Assembly: GCA_012026655.1 (NCBI GenBank)
Contig: JAAILG010001023.1
Coordinates: 1 to 64,000 of the forward strand
Source: Hydrolagus affinis
Lineage: Eukaryota
DNA: 64,000 nucleotides
Reading direction: 5' to 3'
Of this stretch, positions 11,230-21,837 are shown in pieces; within the stretch, counting starts at the first letter, position 1; every line of letters begins with the position of its first letter. Under the pieces are notes generated by a model. That model made no database searches. It had not been told where the DNA came from and was given only the letters and a program-made list of their open reading frames with translations. Both the position numbers and the translations under genes were made by a program.

Positions 11230-13096
11230 ATGGGTGGGGCTGGAACTGAGTTTACATGTACCAAAAAAAAGGACAATTTACACAAAAAAAATTCTACTGT
11301 AAAGCGTTGGGTGCCAAAAAGAGAGGTGATTAGCTTCTTGATATCACACATGTAGCCTCACAAACGTTGCTCTCAATCAGTGTGAATGTGTTCACTGCAG
11401 TCCTGTCCCTGCCATTTCTGTTACTGCACAAAAGGCTGTTTGCCTTTCCCAATGACAGACGCTTTCCTTCTGAGTTCCAGTCTGACTCTTGGCTCGACCA
11501 TCAATCCCCCGAACATCTCGGCCCTGCGCAGAATAGTAACTATAAAATAGTTTTACGGTCTGAATTCCTCTGTTGTGGAGGTTTTGACTGAATCTTGCTT
11601 TGGCTTTCGAACGGCATTGGTAAAGTCTGACTTTCTTTTTCAAATCGTAACAAAATATCTCCCTTGCTTATACTCTTATTTATCGGTGGCAAACTTCACC
11701 CGAGGCTTCATGATTTATTGATGGAACAACATTATAGTTTGACCTGAAACACCTCCTGGATTTATTTCTTAGTTTGGGTCATTTTGAGGATGGGAATGCA
11801 CTGTTCTGTCTTACCTCTGTAAGGCAATGATCTTGCAGTGCTCACAGTGATAGGAATACATTGCTTGGCCATGTTTGTTACACACCACACAGAGAGAGCA
11901 ATGTTATACATTGTACTGGGACATTGCATCCACCAAAGTGACAATCTTTGAAGATAACTAACTGTACATATTATATACCATTCTTCTTTTGTCGTATACA
12001 CACACAGTTGAACCCTGGTTGCACATGATCTATGGGTTAGATATAAGGGGTTGAATTCTCCCTCCTGTACGTTTTTTGATTGGGCTGCGGAGATGAAGGA
12101 ACAATCTTCCCTCTTCCTGGTTTGGACCTGTGTTGTGATGAGTGAAGGATATTGCTATTATTCCCACTGAAAAGATGAAAATGTGAAGAATCGTCTGCGG
12201 ACATATTGTAAATTGTTGCTTCATCCATAACGGATGATACATAAATGAATATCAATGGAATTAATCTTAAAGAAGACTACTTTTAACCTCTAAACGAGCA
12301 AGTAACTGTCTACCGAAAAGGTTTAAGTTATGTTTAAGGAGTTGCAGTATATATTGCAGTGTACATGAAGACAATAGGACACGATAACTTGTGCGTGTGA
12401 CTGTAGAGGTCATTAAATAGTAAGCAACTGCATTTTACTCATTGGAAAAACTGGACCATACTTACTTCTGTCTACATCAAGATTTGTTTCTGTTCTCCCA
12501 GACATCTGACTGGTGCTCAGCCAGTCTATTTTTAGAAAATGCACCGCGTTTGAAGTAAGTGATGTGCCTTTCGCAGTCTCTATGTGTTGCGAATTTAGAA
12601 TGTTTGCTGCAGCTTCGGCTGCCGTGCTCGCCAGCCAGGTTGATGGATGTCAGTTGTTTGTCTTTTCCTATTAGGAATAAATCTATATTCTGTAAAAAAT
12701 GTGTCGCGAGGACTCCGAGTGCCGCAGTACAACATTTAGGTTTCCACACTGCACTCGTCACTTAATGTCATTGTTGCTCCTTCTGGCAAGGGTGAATGGA
12801 AAATCAAAGTCTATCCATAAGACAAGTTTCTAGCAGTAAAGTTACTATTGGTGAGTTCTAAATCGTCCGTTCTTATTTATATCTAAATGATCCGAATACA
12901 GAAGACTGAAATCTCAAGCCCAGTGCAGCACAAATGGCATAACTTTAAATCTGAACCCAACCTAAAAAAACCTGGGCGGCAAATGCAACCGTTTATCCAG
13001 AGTTTCCATGAAGGTTTACCATCATCACCCAACTTCCATGTTAGCCTTTTACTTCAAGCTTCCTGTTGAGGAACACTCAATTGGTTTAGTTAATTT

Positions 13097-13394
13097 TGTA
13101 GCTCAGTGGTTAGAGCACTCACCTTACAAGCGAGAGACCTGGGTTCAGTTTCAGGAAGGGCGAAACCCCGGGTAAGCTTCCTTACTCCACACGCCTAATA
13201 ATAATAATCCCTCAAAAAACACACTAATAAATTGGTCATTTCAATCCATGACTGTTTGCTGTGTACAATTGGCTGCCGCATTTCGTCCACATATATAGTC
13301 AATTCACTTTACAGTATATGTATTCTGTGAAGCGCTTTGATATGTCTAGAAGACGTGAAAAGCGCTATATCAAATGCAAGGATTATTATTATTA
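13097..13394 (+). mobile_element. tRNA-SINE, near full length
   Basis: A box TAGCTCAGTGG, B-box-like GGTTCAGTTTC, conserved body, (TTA)n tail. Confidence 0.95.
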
Positions 13395-14869
13395 GAGACT
13401 TTCCTGACAGATACTCCACACTTTCCCTGATAAACGTTTGAAGGTTCCTAAGGTTACTGCCACTGAATGTTTCCCAGATACTGTATCATGCTTCTTGTTG
13501 CCCAGGTCAGCTTCCATGCTGTGTATAGCTGACAGTCCAGCATCCTCTCGGGGATCAACGCTTTAGCCTTTACTCACGGCTTAAACTCCACGCTCCTTCA
13601 GCAGAAGGAACAAACATCTCAAATGAATGTTTCAGGATTTAACCGGATATAAGAGCACTTTGCTGTTTCCCACCGATAGAGTAGTCTTTATTGATTAATG
13701 TTTAATATTGATGTATCTGCATTAGCGAGCTGGATTTCTGCCACACATACACATACGTCTGAAGTCTGAAGATGGCCTTAAAGTTAAGTCATGAGTGCAA
13801 CCTCAGTATGACTGAACAATGAGAGCCGCCTCTGCAGAGCAATATACCTAGGGTAATGTTACTGTGTTTGATTGCCTACATTCAACTGGGACTCAGACCC
13901 ACAGCCACCTAATCAATACTACAGCACACTACTCTGGAACACATTTTATGATGTTATGTCAGTTACAGTATGTGTATGAATAATTTATGACTGTCAGATG
14001 GTTGTAAAACAGTTACTTATTGCACAATGGTACAATATCTTACCCCTATTATTTTGTAACAAACAAACGCGCCACTGCTTGTTTCGTCTTTGATGAAACC
14101 CAGATTCATTAGCAGTTAATATTGTGCTCCCAGGTATGTAGAATATAAAATATAACAGTGCCTCGCTTGTTTAATTTTTACTGTAGCTTGCCTCCCCAAA
14201 TTGTTGGCTTGAATCATGCGAATCAAATGCAAGGATTACTATAACACTTAAAACTAGCAAATGTGAGAATGATTAATTTGGTGTGTTATTTATGTATCTA
14301 CAAATCTTGAAAGCTCCTTTTGATTACCTTTTTTTTCGTAGGCTGTAAAACGATGTACTGCTAGTGGCTGCCTCCTCTGTTTAAATCCTGTTGAGACACA
14401 GACCCTTAGTTCAGTAATTATGGTAGCTCGGTCAGTCTCCTGACAAGCCTCACTCCAGCAGGCTTGCCTTCAGATGTTTCCATTTTTAATATTGTTCATT
14501 AAAACCTACATGGTGCAGCCACTCTGGAGTCTTAACAGGATTTCTGTGAGCTATCAAGCTATAGAACATAGGTAATGATAAAGTCTGATGTGACCTGTAT
14601 AATAATGCATCACGCAAACCCTCATTTAGCTTGAAGTGTGTACTTAATAAGAGCATGTGTGAATAGAGCGGCGTTCTGTAATAGGTGATTGATATTGTTC
14701 TAATTGAGTGTTTTTTGAAGAATGAATGCATTTTGTTGGCCTTTGATTGACTCTACATTGAGAGGGGGAACGGTGTAAAAATTGTAGTGTGACTGCATAA
14801 TTCTTCGGAATTTGCCGTTGAATCCTACGAGTCAAAAGGTGGTGGCTTTAAGGCCCACATTGAGATTAG

Positions 14870-14939
14870 AATAATAATAAATAATAATAATCCTTGCATT
14901 TGATATAGCGCTTTTCACGTATTCTAGACTTCTCAAAGA
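14870..14939 (-). mobile_element. tRNA-SINE 3' fragment
   Basis: (AAT)n CCTTGCATTTGATATAGCGCTTTTCACGT. Confidence 0.88.
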
Positions 14940-14944
14940 TTTTG

Positions 14945-15035
14945 AGCTCATTGTTCAGGCTGATACTCCAGTGCAGTGCCGGGGGAACCCTGGTTTGTTG
15001 GAAGTGTTGGAAAACAAGTCCTGCCCGCCTGATCA
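14945..15035 (+). mobile_element. Old Deu-domain-type SINE fragment
   Basis: CAGGCTGATACTCCAGTGCAGTG resembles the Deu core of AmnSINE1/SacSINE1-type elements (recalled, not searched). Confidence 0.5.
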
Positions 15036-15567
15036 GTTTGTACATTAGAGATCACACGAGACGATTCAAGAGAGAAGAGAGTTTCATCCAATGTCCGGCC
15101 CAAAGACACGGTCTGTTGATCTACAATTATGTTGAGTTATGCATTGGTGGGAGAAAGATAAAATCACAGGACAGATCTCCTGAGTAAGCACCATCCACTG
15201 ACACCTATTTTATTAAAGGAAGATCGAAATATGTATGTGCCACATCCTCTCCTCAGCACTCGGGATCTCTCTTATCTCATCAAATAACACTGAGCAAACA
15301 GCGCGGAAGAGCAAAGCAAATAACATATCCCGCCTGGTTAAGACGCGAGATTTCTTTGATGCTATGTTATGTAATTCCTGTGCAAATGTCCCATTTTTAA
15401 CACCTTAATTGGTAGAATTCTAAATTTGATTTCAAATTGAATGGACGCTGGATTCTATTACCTGGGTAATAGTTCTGTTTGGAGAGCTGGCTTCAATCCT
15501 CCATACAGTTATACAGTAAAGCTCACATAAGTCATACTAGTTGGGAACCATAATATTTATAATACTA

Positions 15568-15695
15568 TAATAATAATCCTTGCATTTGATAAAGCGCTTT
15601 TCACATCTTATCGATGTCTCCAAGCGCTTCACAGGATATACTACTATAAAGCGAATTGACTGTATATTTGTGGATGAAACGCGGCAGCCAATTGA
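15568..15695 (-). mobile_element. tRNA-SINE 3' half
   Basis: Tail through GAAACGCGGCAGCCAATTG. Confidence 0.9.
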
Positions 15696-16179
15696 CATTT
15701 GACTCGCCTTGAAGGAGGCAAGGGAGGAAGCGAGGCGAAGGGCATGTGGGATGGACACTTTGACTATACTGCACTGACGACAACAAAACCTTGTACACAG
15801 CACCCTTCACACCTGGTAACCTCCCAAACAGGACATTGGACTCAGCTATCTGGTACTGTGCTTATAGTCTATAGTTATGAGCCTAAACTCCTCCATCTCA
15901 TTGCTTCTCATAGTCCTCTATCCCCTTCTCCCCCATCTCTCAATATGTAAGACATTTAACATTAAATCTTTTTTTCTCTGGAATGAGCTGTGGTTTTCAT
16001 GACAAATTATTTCCATCATTTAAAAACAATTTGACAAACTAACTCCTATTTATTTTTCCAAAACAAATGACACTCAAATGAATATTCTACAGAGGTAATA
16101 TTTTCCAAAACGCTTTGTATCAATTTTTCATTTGCTACATTGTTAAATTGTGATTTTGAGACCCATTCAGAACAACGGT

Positions 16180-16337
16180 TGGTTTGTTATTCTACTGTGC
16201 GCAATTGGCTGCAGCATTTCGCCCACAAAATACACAGTGAATCCACTTGAAAAGTGAATATATATTTTGTGAAGCGCTTTGAGAGATCTCAACGACGTGA
16301 TAACAGGCTATATCAAATCCAAGGATCCTTCTTCTTA
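16180..16337 (+). mobile_element. tRNA-SINE 3' half
   Basis: CTGTGCGCAATTGGCTGCAGCATTTCGCCCAC...CTATATCAAATCCAAGG. Confidence 0.88.
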
Positions 16338-16878
16338 ATATTATATTAACCTTTTCACTCACCCTCCAAAAAAAAATAAACCTTGGGTAATATTTATGTT
16401 TCTCGATCTATACTTTCAGTGCTCAAGATATTGAACAAAATGCTTTTGAATTAAGGATAGATAACAATCAGTGTCATGACTTATACAGCTAAGGGCTAGC
16501 TTTCTGATGAGGCTGACTGTAAAATCCCCACTACAGCCTGAGCTGCAGGGAACAGCATCACTCTAATGTCTGCGGATATTTCAGAGTTTGAAAAGATGCT
16601 GGGCAGTTCTGACAGCAACTCCAAAACCAGACCACGGACTGAATATGTTCTAAGGACGAGAATGAAGCGATGAAGCACAGTCTGATCTTTGTACAGTACC
16701 GCAGAGCTGCGATTTTGCTTTTCTTCTGAAACCTTGTGCTCCAGGTGATTTTCTTCAGTCGTGCAAAAATATGAACTGCTTCTTGATTGCAGACCACGAC
16801 ACTGACCTACTCAGCATTGATTCAATGTTCCGTTTGCATTAAATCAACTGTGCAAATCGAGCATTAAACACTAAACCG

Positions 16879-17033
16879 NNNNNNNNNNNNNNNNNNNNNN
16901 NNNNNNNNNNNNNNNNNNNNNNNNNNNNNNNNNNNNNNNNNNNNNNNNNNNNNNNNNNNNNNNNNNNNNNNNNNNNNNNNNNNNNNNNNNNNNNNNNNNN
17001 NNNNNNNNNNNNNNNNNNNNNNNNNNNNNNNNN
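16879..17033. other. Assembly gap (155 N)
   Basis: Run of N. Confidence 1.
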
Positions 17034-17799
17034 GTGGCAATTTCAAGCATTTGAGCTATTGCTGAATGGATCAACAAACAAAATTGCTTCTTTCCCTGTT
17101 GATCTTCAAAAAGGGAATCCACATTTCCACACTGCTCCTCTCCTCTCCATAATTTAAATTTGTACTGAATGTTGTATTCGAGAACAGAAATGCAAGTACA
17201 GTATTATACATCACAGACGTTGATCTTTTAAACCCCCACCCCTAACCTGTGCATTCTTCCATTCATTTACCTCCTAGTCACCTTTCATTTAACTCCATCA
17301 CTGTTATGAATGTACAGTAGCCTGCCTTTTAACCTATGCCTTGCAATGTATAAGTCCCTGGCTAGTTCCCTTCAGGTGTTTAGTATCAGTTTTATCCACT
17401 GAGACAGAGACATCATGCCTGGTCAATAAGCCTCGGCTGTGTGCAAACTGGGCCAATCGCCAGAAGCCTGTAGATGCCTCTATTCAATCCTGCAAAGGGA
17501 AACACCGGTGTATCAAGTCTAGTTGTATCCAGCAGTACATTACACCGTGCTGCAAGGCAGGATGGCTTATCAGGTGTCCAAGCCTACAGCTCCATTATGA
17601 TGACTTCTAAGATTATAACTATTTATCAAAGCCGGGTGTGCTGGCAACACAGGAAACTGTTTCCATCCTTGCAGGGTGGCCATGTCACCGCATCAGCCAA
17701 TGTTTCACACAGTGGATTTTCTGAAAAAAACTCTTTCGAAACACAATAAAAGTGAGTGTGAGTAAACTGCATACTTGGAGCCAGATTCAACTCTAGATA

Positions 17800-17918
17800 C
17801 TGGGTGACCAAAACGTTGTGCTACCATTACAATGTCTAATAAGTCTTAAAGAATTTTTTTTTAGTAGTAATTATTATTATTATTAAAATAAATGTATCAC
17901 AGCTTTTTGGTCACCCTG
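17800..17918. mobile_element. ~119-bp MITE with hAT-type (Blackjack-like) terminal inverted repeats
   Basis: Left end CTGGGTGACCAAAACGTTGTGCTAC versus reverse complement of right end CAGGGTGACCAAAAAGCTGTGATAC: 21/25 identical. AT-rich interior. TAGAT lies near both flanks (possible partial TSD). Confidence 0.7.
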
Positions 17919-18999
17919 TAGATTACACCAACTCAACAAGGTTTTCAAATCAATGCAATATAATTGAGCCTCATAGTTGACTTGGGGGCGACAAGTTTAG
18001 GGTGTTGAGAGGACCAAACAAAACCAAGTTTAAAAACCGGGGACACCCTTTAGGATTTTTTAACTTGAGCAAAAAGCCCCTTTAGTGACATCGAAAACGC
18101 ACTATTTTTCGGGTGATGGTTTAACGCTGCAATTGCACAGGAAAGATAAGGAGGCAACTGAGGTATTGCCACATCTTGGCCGAAAACTCCTTGGAGAGAA
18201 GTTGCCTCTTTGAGAATTTGAACGCTTTTGATCCTTGAGAACATTTTTTGAAAAAAAAATATTGTGGCTCCTTTTTGATGTTCGAATTCTAGTTGACTCC
18301 ATTATTTGTTTTGATGAGACCGGGCAGAGAAACATCAATTGCCCATGATGTCAGCCTTGAAAGAAAGACACTAGATAACAAATAAAGAGAGTACCTCCGG
18401 ATGACATTAAAGGCAGTTAATTTGATAACGTTCACTGCAATTTTTTATGGCTTGCATTTTAGTTCGAATGTTCAGGAGACAAATGGCTGCTTGCTGAAGT
18501 AAATTGGATGGTGAACAATTGAAGAAAGGAATTTTACAAGTTACCGATTTGGACCATTTAATTGTCCAATTAACTCATCACAGATTTCCCCAGCTGAACA
18601 TTTCTCCTTTACCTTTTCTGTCTCATTAGTTTACATTCTAAACCATTCGACCAGTTCAATCCTGCTTTTAATCTCCCACAACCGACCGAACCAAATCTTT
18701 GGTTTGTTTACCTGAATAAAATGGTATTTTCATGGCTCTTCTTTATATTTTGCCTGCCTTGGTATTGCATTAACCACGCCCTCGGTTGAATGGTTTGGTA
18801 GGAGTTCACTTGTACTGTTTATACCTGGTCCCGCCACATTGCTATGTGCGCTTACTCAGGTTGCTTGAGGTAGGAGCAGTCTGATTCCCACTCCCCAAAA
18901 GGGGAGGGTCGGAGTTCCAATCGATTTGAAGTTTGCTTTTGCCACTTTTTTCGGGGTTCAAGCGTTCTCCCTCCTGTCTCTGGTGGAGAAGTTTAAGCT

Positions 19000-19091
19000 A
19001 TGCGGCCTCCGCCACTGTCCTCCGCCACTGTCTAGCGCTCTGGGGCGCTACCCTGCGCGGGGGGGCCAGTGTATAAATGCAAGTTGTTGTT
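19000..19091 (+). mobile_element. L2 LINE 3'UTR/tail fragment
   Basis: CCACTGTCTAGCGCTCTGGGGCGCTACCCTGCGCG...TATAAATGCAAGTTGTTGTT, with a 13-bp tandem duplication CCTCCGCCACTGT. Confidence 0.75.
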
Positions 19092-19539
19092 AGTGGAGAG
19101 GTGGATTCCTTGGATGAGGTAAGAAAAAAAATCATTTTGTTTGCGGCACAAATAGCTGTTTCTGTGAATCGTGCTGTGGCAGTCAAGTGAATGCGTAGAT
19201 GAAGTGACTGGTTGGGATGCTGGGACTTTGGCTTGTGGCAGTAATTGCACACTACATTTGCGTAGTTAGATTTCACAGCATTTGCTTGATTCAATAAATG
19301 AGAGATAGGTTGAGATTCTGTAAACGTTGACTGAGTTGAGTTTGCAAGGAAAGCATTCAGCTCTTCACAAAGCAATGAAAACGCTGGGCATGTACATGGG
19401 GCATAAATTTCCCCTAAAGTCATCCAAGCTGCAAAAGAAAGATTGGGCTGTACATCACCGCACAAGTAAAAATTTTAAACGTGCGGCTTTGGTAACCTTT
19501 GGAAGGAACAGTTACCATGTTCCGTGAAAACAAAAGAGT

Positions 19540-20660
19540 GGAGATCTGTGTTTAGTGTGGGAAGAGAGGTGTTAAGACTCGCTCCTAACTCGCCGCTGTA
19601 GAAAGCAGCTTTCAAACACCATGTATGGAGTTTTTAACGAGGTAACTTTGACCTCCTCCATCTCCCCCTCACCCCGCACTGATCATAAGCACCAACCGAA
19701 AGTGCAATTTGGCCGGTAAAATAACAACACTCCATTCTAATATGACATCAACAATCGTCTTAAGATGGACTGGGAAAATGGGTTTTTATATGGTTTACAA
19801 AATGGTGCAATGTATGTTCCAATATACAGTAGGTTTCCTCTGCTGGTAATGTTCAGGCTTTAGTTTGTCATTACCAGCTATTTTTTTCACACACACACAC
19901 ACACACACACACAGAGCCACTGGTGAGTTGAGATTTTCCAATTTACCATTCCCTTTCATTTATTTTTTTCTTTTTTGCAGCGTGTAAAAAGTTTGATTGA
20001 GATGCCGCTTTGTGATCCGAAAGCACCGGCAACATTTATGAACGTTCTCTGAATCCAATGTTAAAGGCATAAATTACCTGCTACTAGTCCCGCTGGTTGT
20101 GCTGTGAGTTCAACGTTCAGTATGCTACCGGCAGATGAAAGCTTCTCCCCGCGGATTCAGGTGATATACAGCGGATGTACTGCAGATTGTAATGCTGCAC
20201 AGAATCTGTTCTATTAGATTATAAATCAAAGGGGGGAGCACCGGCTAATCAGATTGCGCACTGTGCCTCCTATAAGACATAAACGTGCAACATTATCAAA
20301 ACAGTTTGTTCTTCTTGTCACTGAGTGTGGTTTTTCTCTCGCTCTTTTTTTTTAATGGGTTGAAGAAATGACTAGGAGAAAATATCTTCTTAAAATAAAT
20401 AAATAAATAACCAAACCACTTTTTTTTATGTCCGTGGATGAATGTGTGGCGATTTACGATGTGTCGAGTGCAAAGCTACAATACTTTATGCAGTCTTGTG
20501 AATGCACTGACTGTTTTGCATTCTCCTGTTTGTTAGTTGCATTAATGTGCAGTTTGGATTTCTCTGAGATAGGAGATTGTGTTTTATTTTATTGCTGTCG
20601 TTATGGTTATCCTTTTTTACTGCTTGACTGTGTGTCATGTGGAAGAAAGACGGTCAGTTT
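19540..20660 (+). promoter_or_regulatory. Candidate alternative promoter / 5'-exon cluster of an unidentified + strand gene
   Basis: TE-free and relatively CpG-retaining. Donor GAG|GTAACT at 19641/19642; strong acceptor TTTATTTTTTTCTTTTTTGCAG at 19980; donors at 20104 (GTGAGT), 20161 and ~20653 (GTCAGT); TATA-like CCTATAAGA near 20270. Confidence 0.3.
19887..19913. repeat. (CA)n microsatellite
   Basis: Read directly from the sequence. Confidence 0.95.
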
Positions 20661-20739
20661 CAAATCATAAGCAAGGAAGATGGGGGGGGAAGTAAAGATT
20701 TTTTACTGTCATCTGGTTTGTATCTGTCTGGAATCCTGT

Positions 20740-20809
20740 CTGTCCGCGCCTTGGGACGACCTCCCGACGTGAAAGGTGCTATGGAAATGTAATACGTTGC
20801 TGATGTTAT
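20740..20809 (+). mobile_element. L2-type 3' tail fragment
   Basis: GCGCCTTGGGACGACCTCCCGACGTGAAAGGTGCTATGGAAATGTAA. Confidence 0.65.
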
Positions 20810-21416
20810 AATGGGGCCAGCTGGCTGGATACATTCAAACATTTCTGTGTCTACTATAAACTGGCCAGTGATATACCAATTGACAATGGTAATATTTATG
20901 GGCCTGTATCATTTCAGATAGAGGGAAACAATATGTGGAGAGCAACCCAGATACAATGTGGACATCTGGCACCATTATTTCAGAGGCCGCAAGTTCCAGA
21001 ACATGTGGACTTTGGGCTAGAAGGGTCACGCTGACATTAGGTTTTCTGTGCTGTGCACTGTACAGATGTAGGAAGTCCTCCCGCCGTGAAAGGCGCTCTA
21101 TAGATGTGTTATTGTTTGTCGCTGTGCACAAGAAACGCTGCTGACAGCACTGCCTCAGGACATGCAACGGGAGCAGGAAATGACGTTAGCGACAGCTCCT
21201 GCCCGTAGCGGTCGTGCATTGTGGGCAGGAAATGACATCATGCTGATCAGACAACCCTGCCGTTTTGTTTGGTGGATATACGGATGAGCAAAAATAAAAC
21301 TTTATAGAAGTGCAGCATGTGCAGTTGTTAAATGTTGATGGTGAGTTTTTATGGATTTTCTGTGCTTCCCTTGGCTCTCTCTTTCACCCCCATGGAATAG
21401 TACTGAATGGGTGTGT

Positions 21417-21837
21417 TGGCTCCCTATCCCAGAGAGGATCGACTTCAAGATCTTCACCCTTGTCTTCAAATCCCTCCACTCCTATGCACCCCTCTACCCC
21501 TCTGATCTCCTCTCTCCTCAAACCAGCACCCACTGCCTTCATTCCACTGGGTCTGGCCTCCTCCATGTCCCCCGAATCCTCCGCTCCACCCTCGGCGGCC
21601 GGGCCTTCAGCCACTATGCCCCGAGGCTCTGGAATTCCCTCCCTCACTACCTTCGCCTCGGCCCCCTCTTTTCTCAGCTCCAGGTCCCAGCTGAAGACCT
21701 TTCTCTCCGACCGCGCTTTTGGTCACCTTTCCACCCCTGCCCCTGGCTCAGTCCCGGGATCCGCTATCGTGAAGCGCTCTGAGACGCCGTCCGACGTGGA
21801 GGGCGCTACATAAATCAAAGTTGTTGTTGTTGTTGTT
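21417..21837 (+). mobile_element. 5'-truncated L2 LINE (ORF2 C-terminus, frameshifted, with (GTT)n tail)
   Basis: Translates WLPIPERIDFKIFTLVFKSLH...STLGGRAFSHYAPRLWNSLP, then after a frameshift near 21660 SRSQLKTFLSDRAF, the typical L2-clade ORF2 C-terminus. Ends GGCGCTACATAAATCAAA(GTT)6. Confidence 0.93.

Noticed and set aside
13097-13165. tRNA-Val-like genes (CTCGC-CT[C/T]ACAA-GCGAG anticodon arm) at SINE heads
   Set aside because: No acceptor stem, and each continues into the SINE body and TTA tail; these are SINE heads, not tRNA genes.
16864-17122. ORFs containing X runs
   Set aside because: Artefacts of the assembly gap.
18998-19465. 155-aa minus-strand ORF (also 59993-60442, 149 aa, and 58542-58898, 118 aa)
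   Set aside because: No protein-like motifs; two of them run into LINE remnants, and such lengths can occur by chance in 64 kb.
21310-21813. Longest ORFs (167 aa and 143 aa) as host genes
   Set aside because: They are alternative frames across a 5'-truncated, frameshifted L2 ORF2 remnant.
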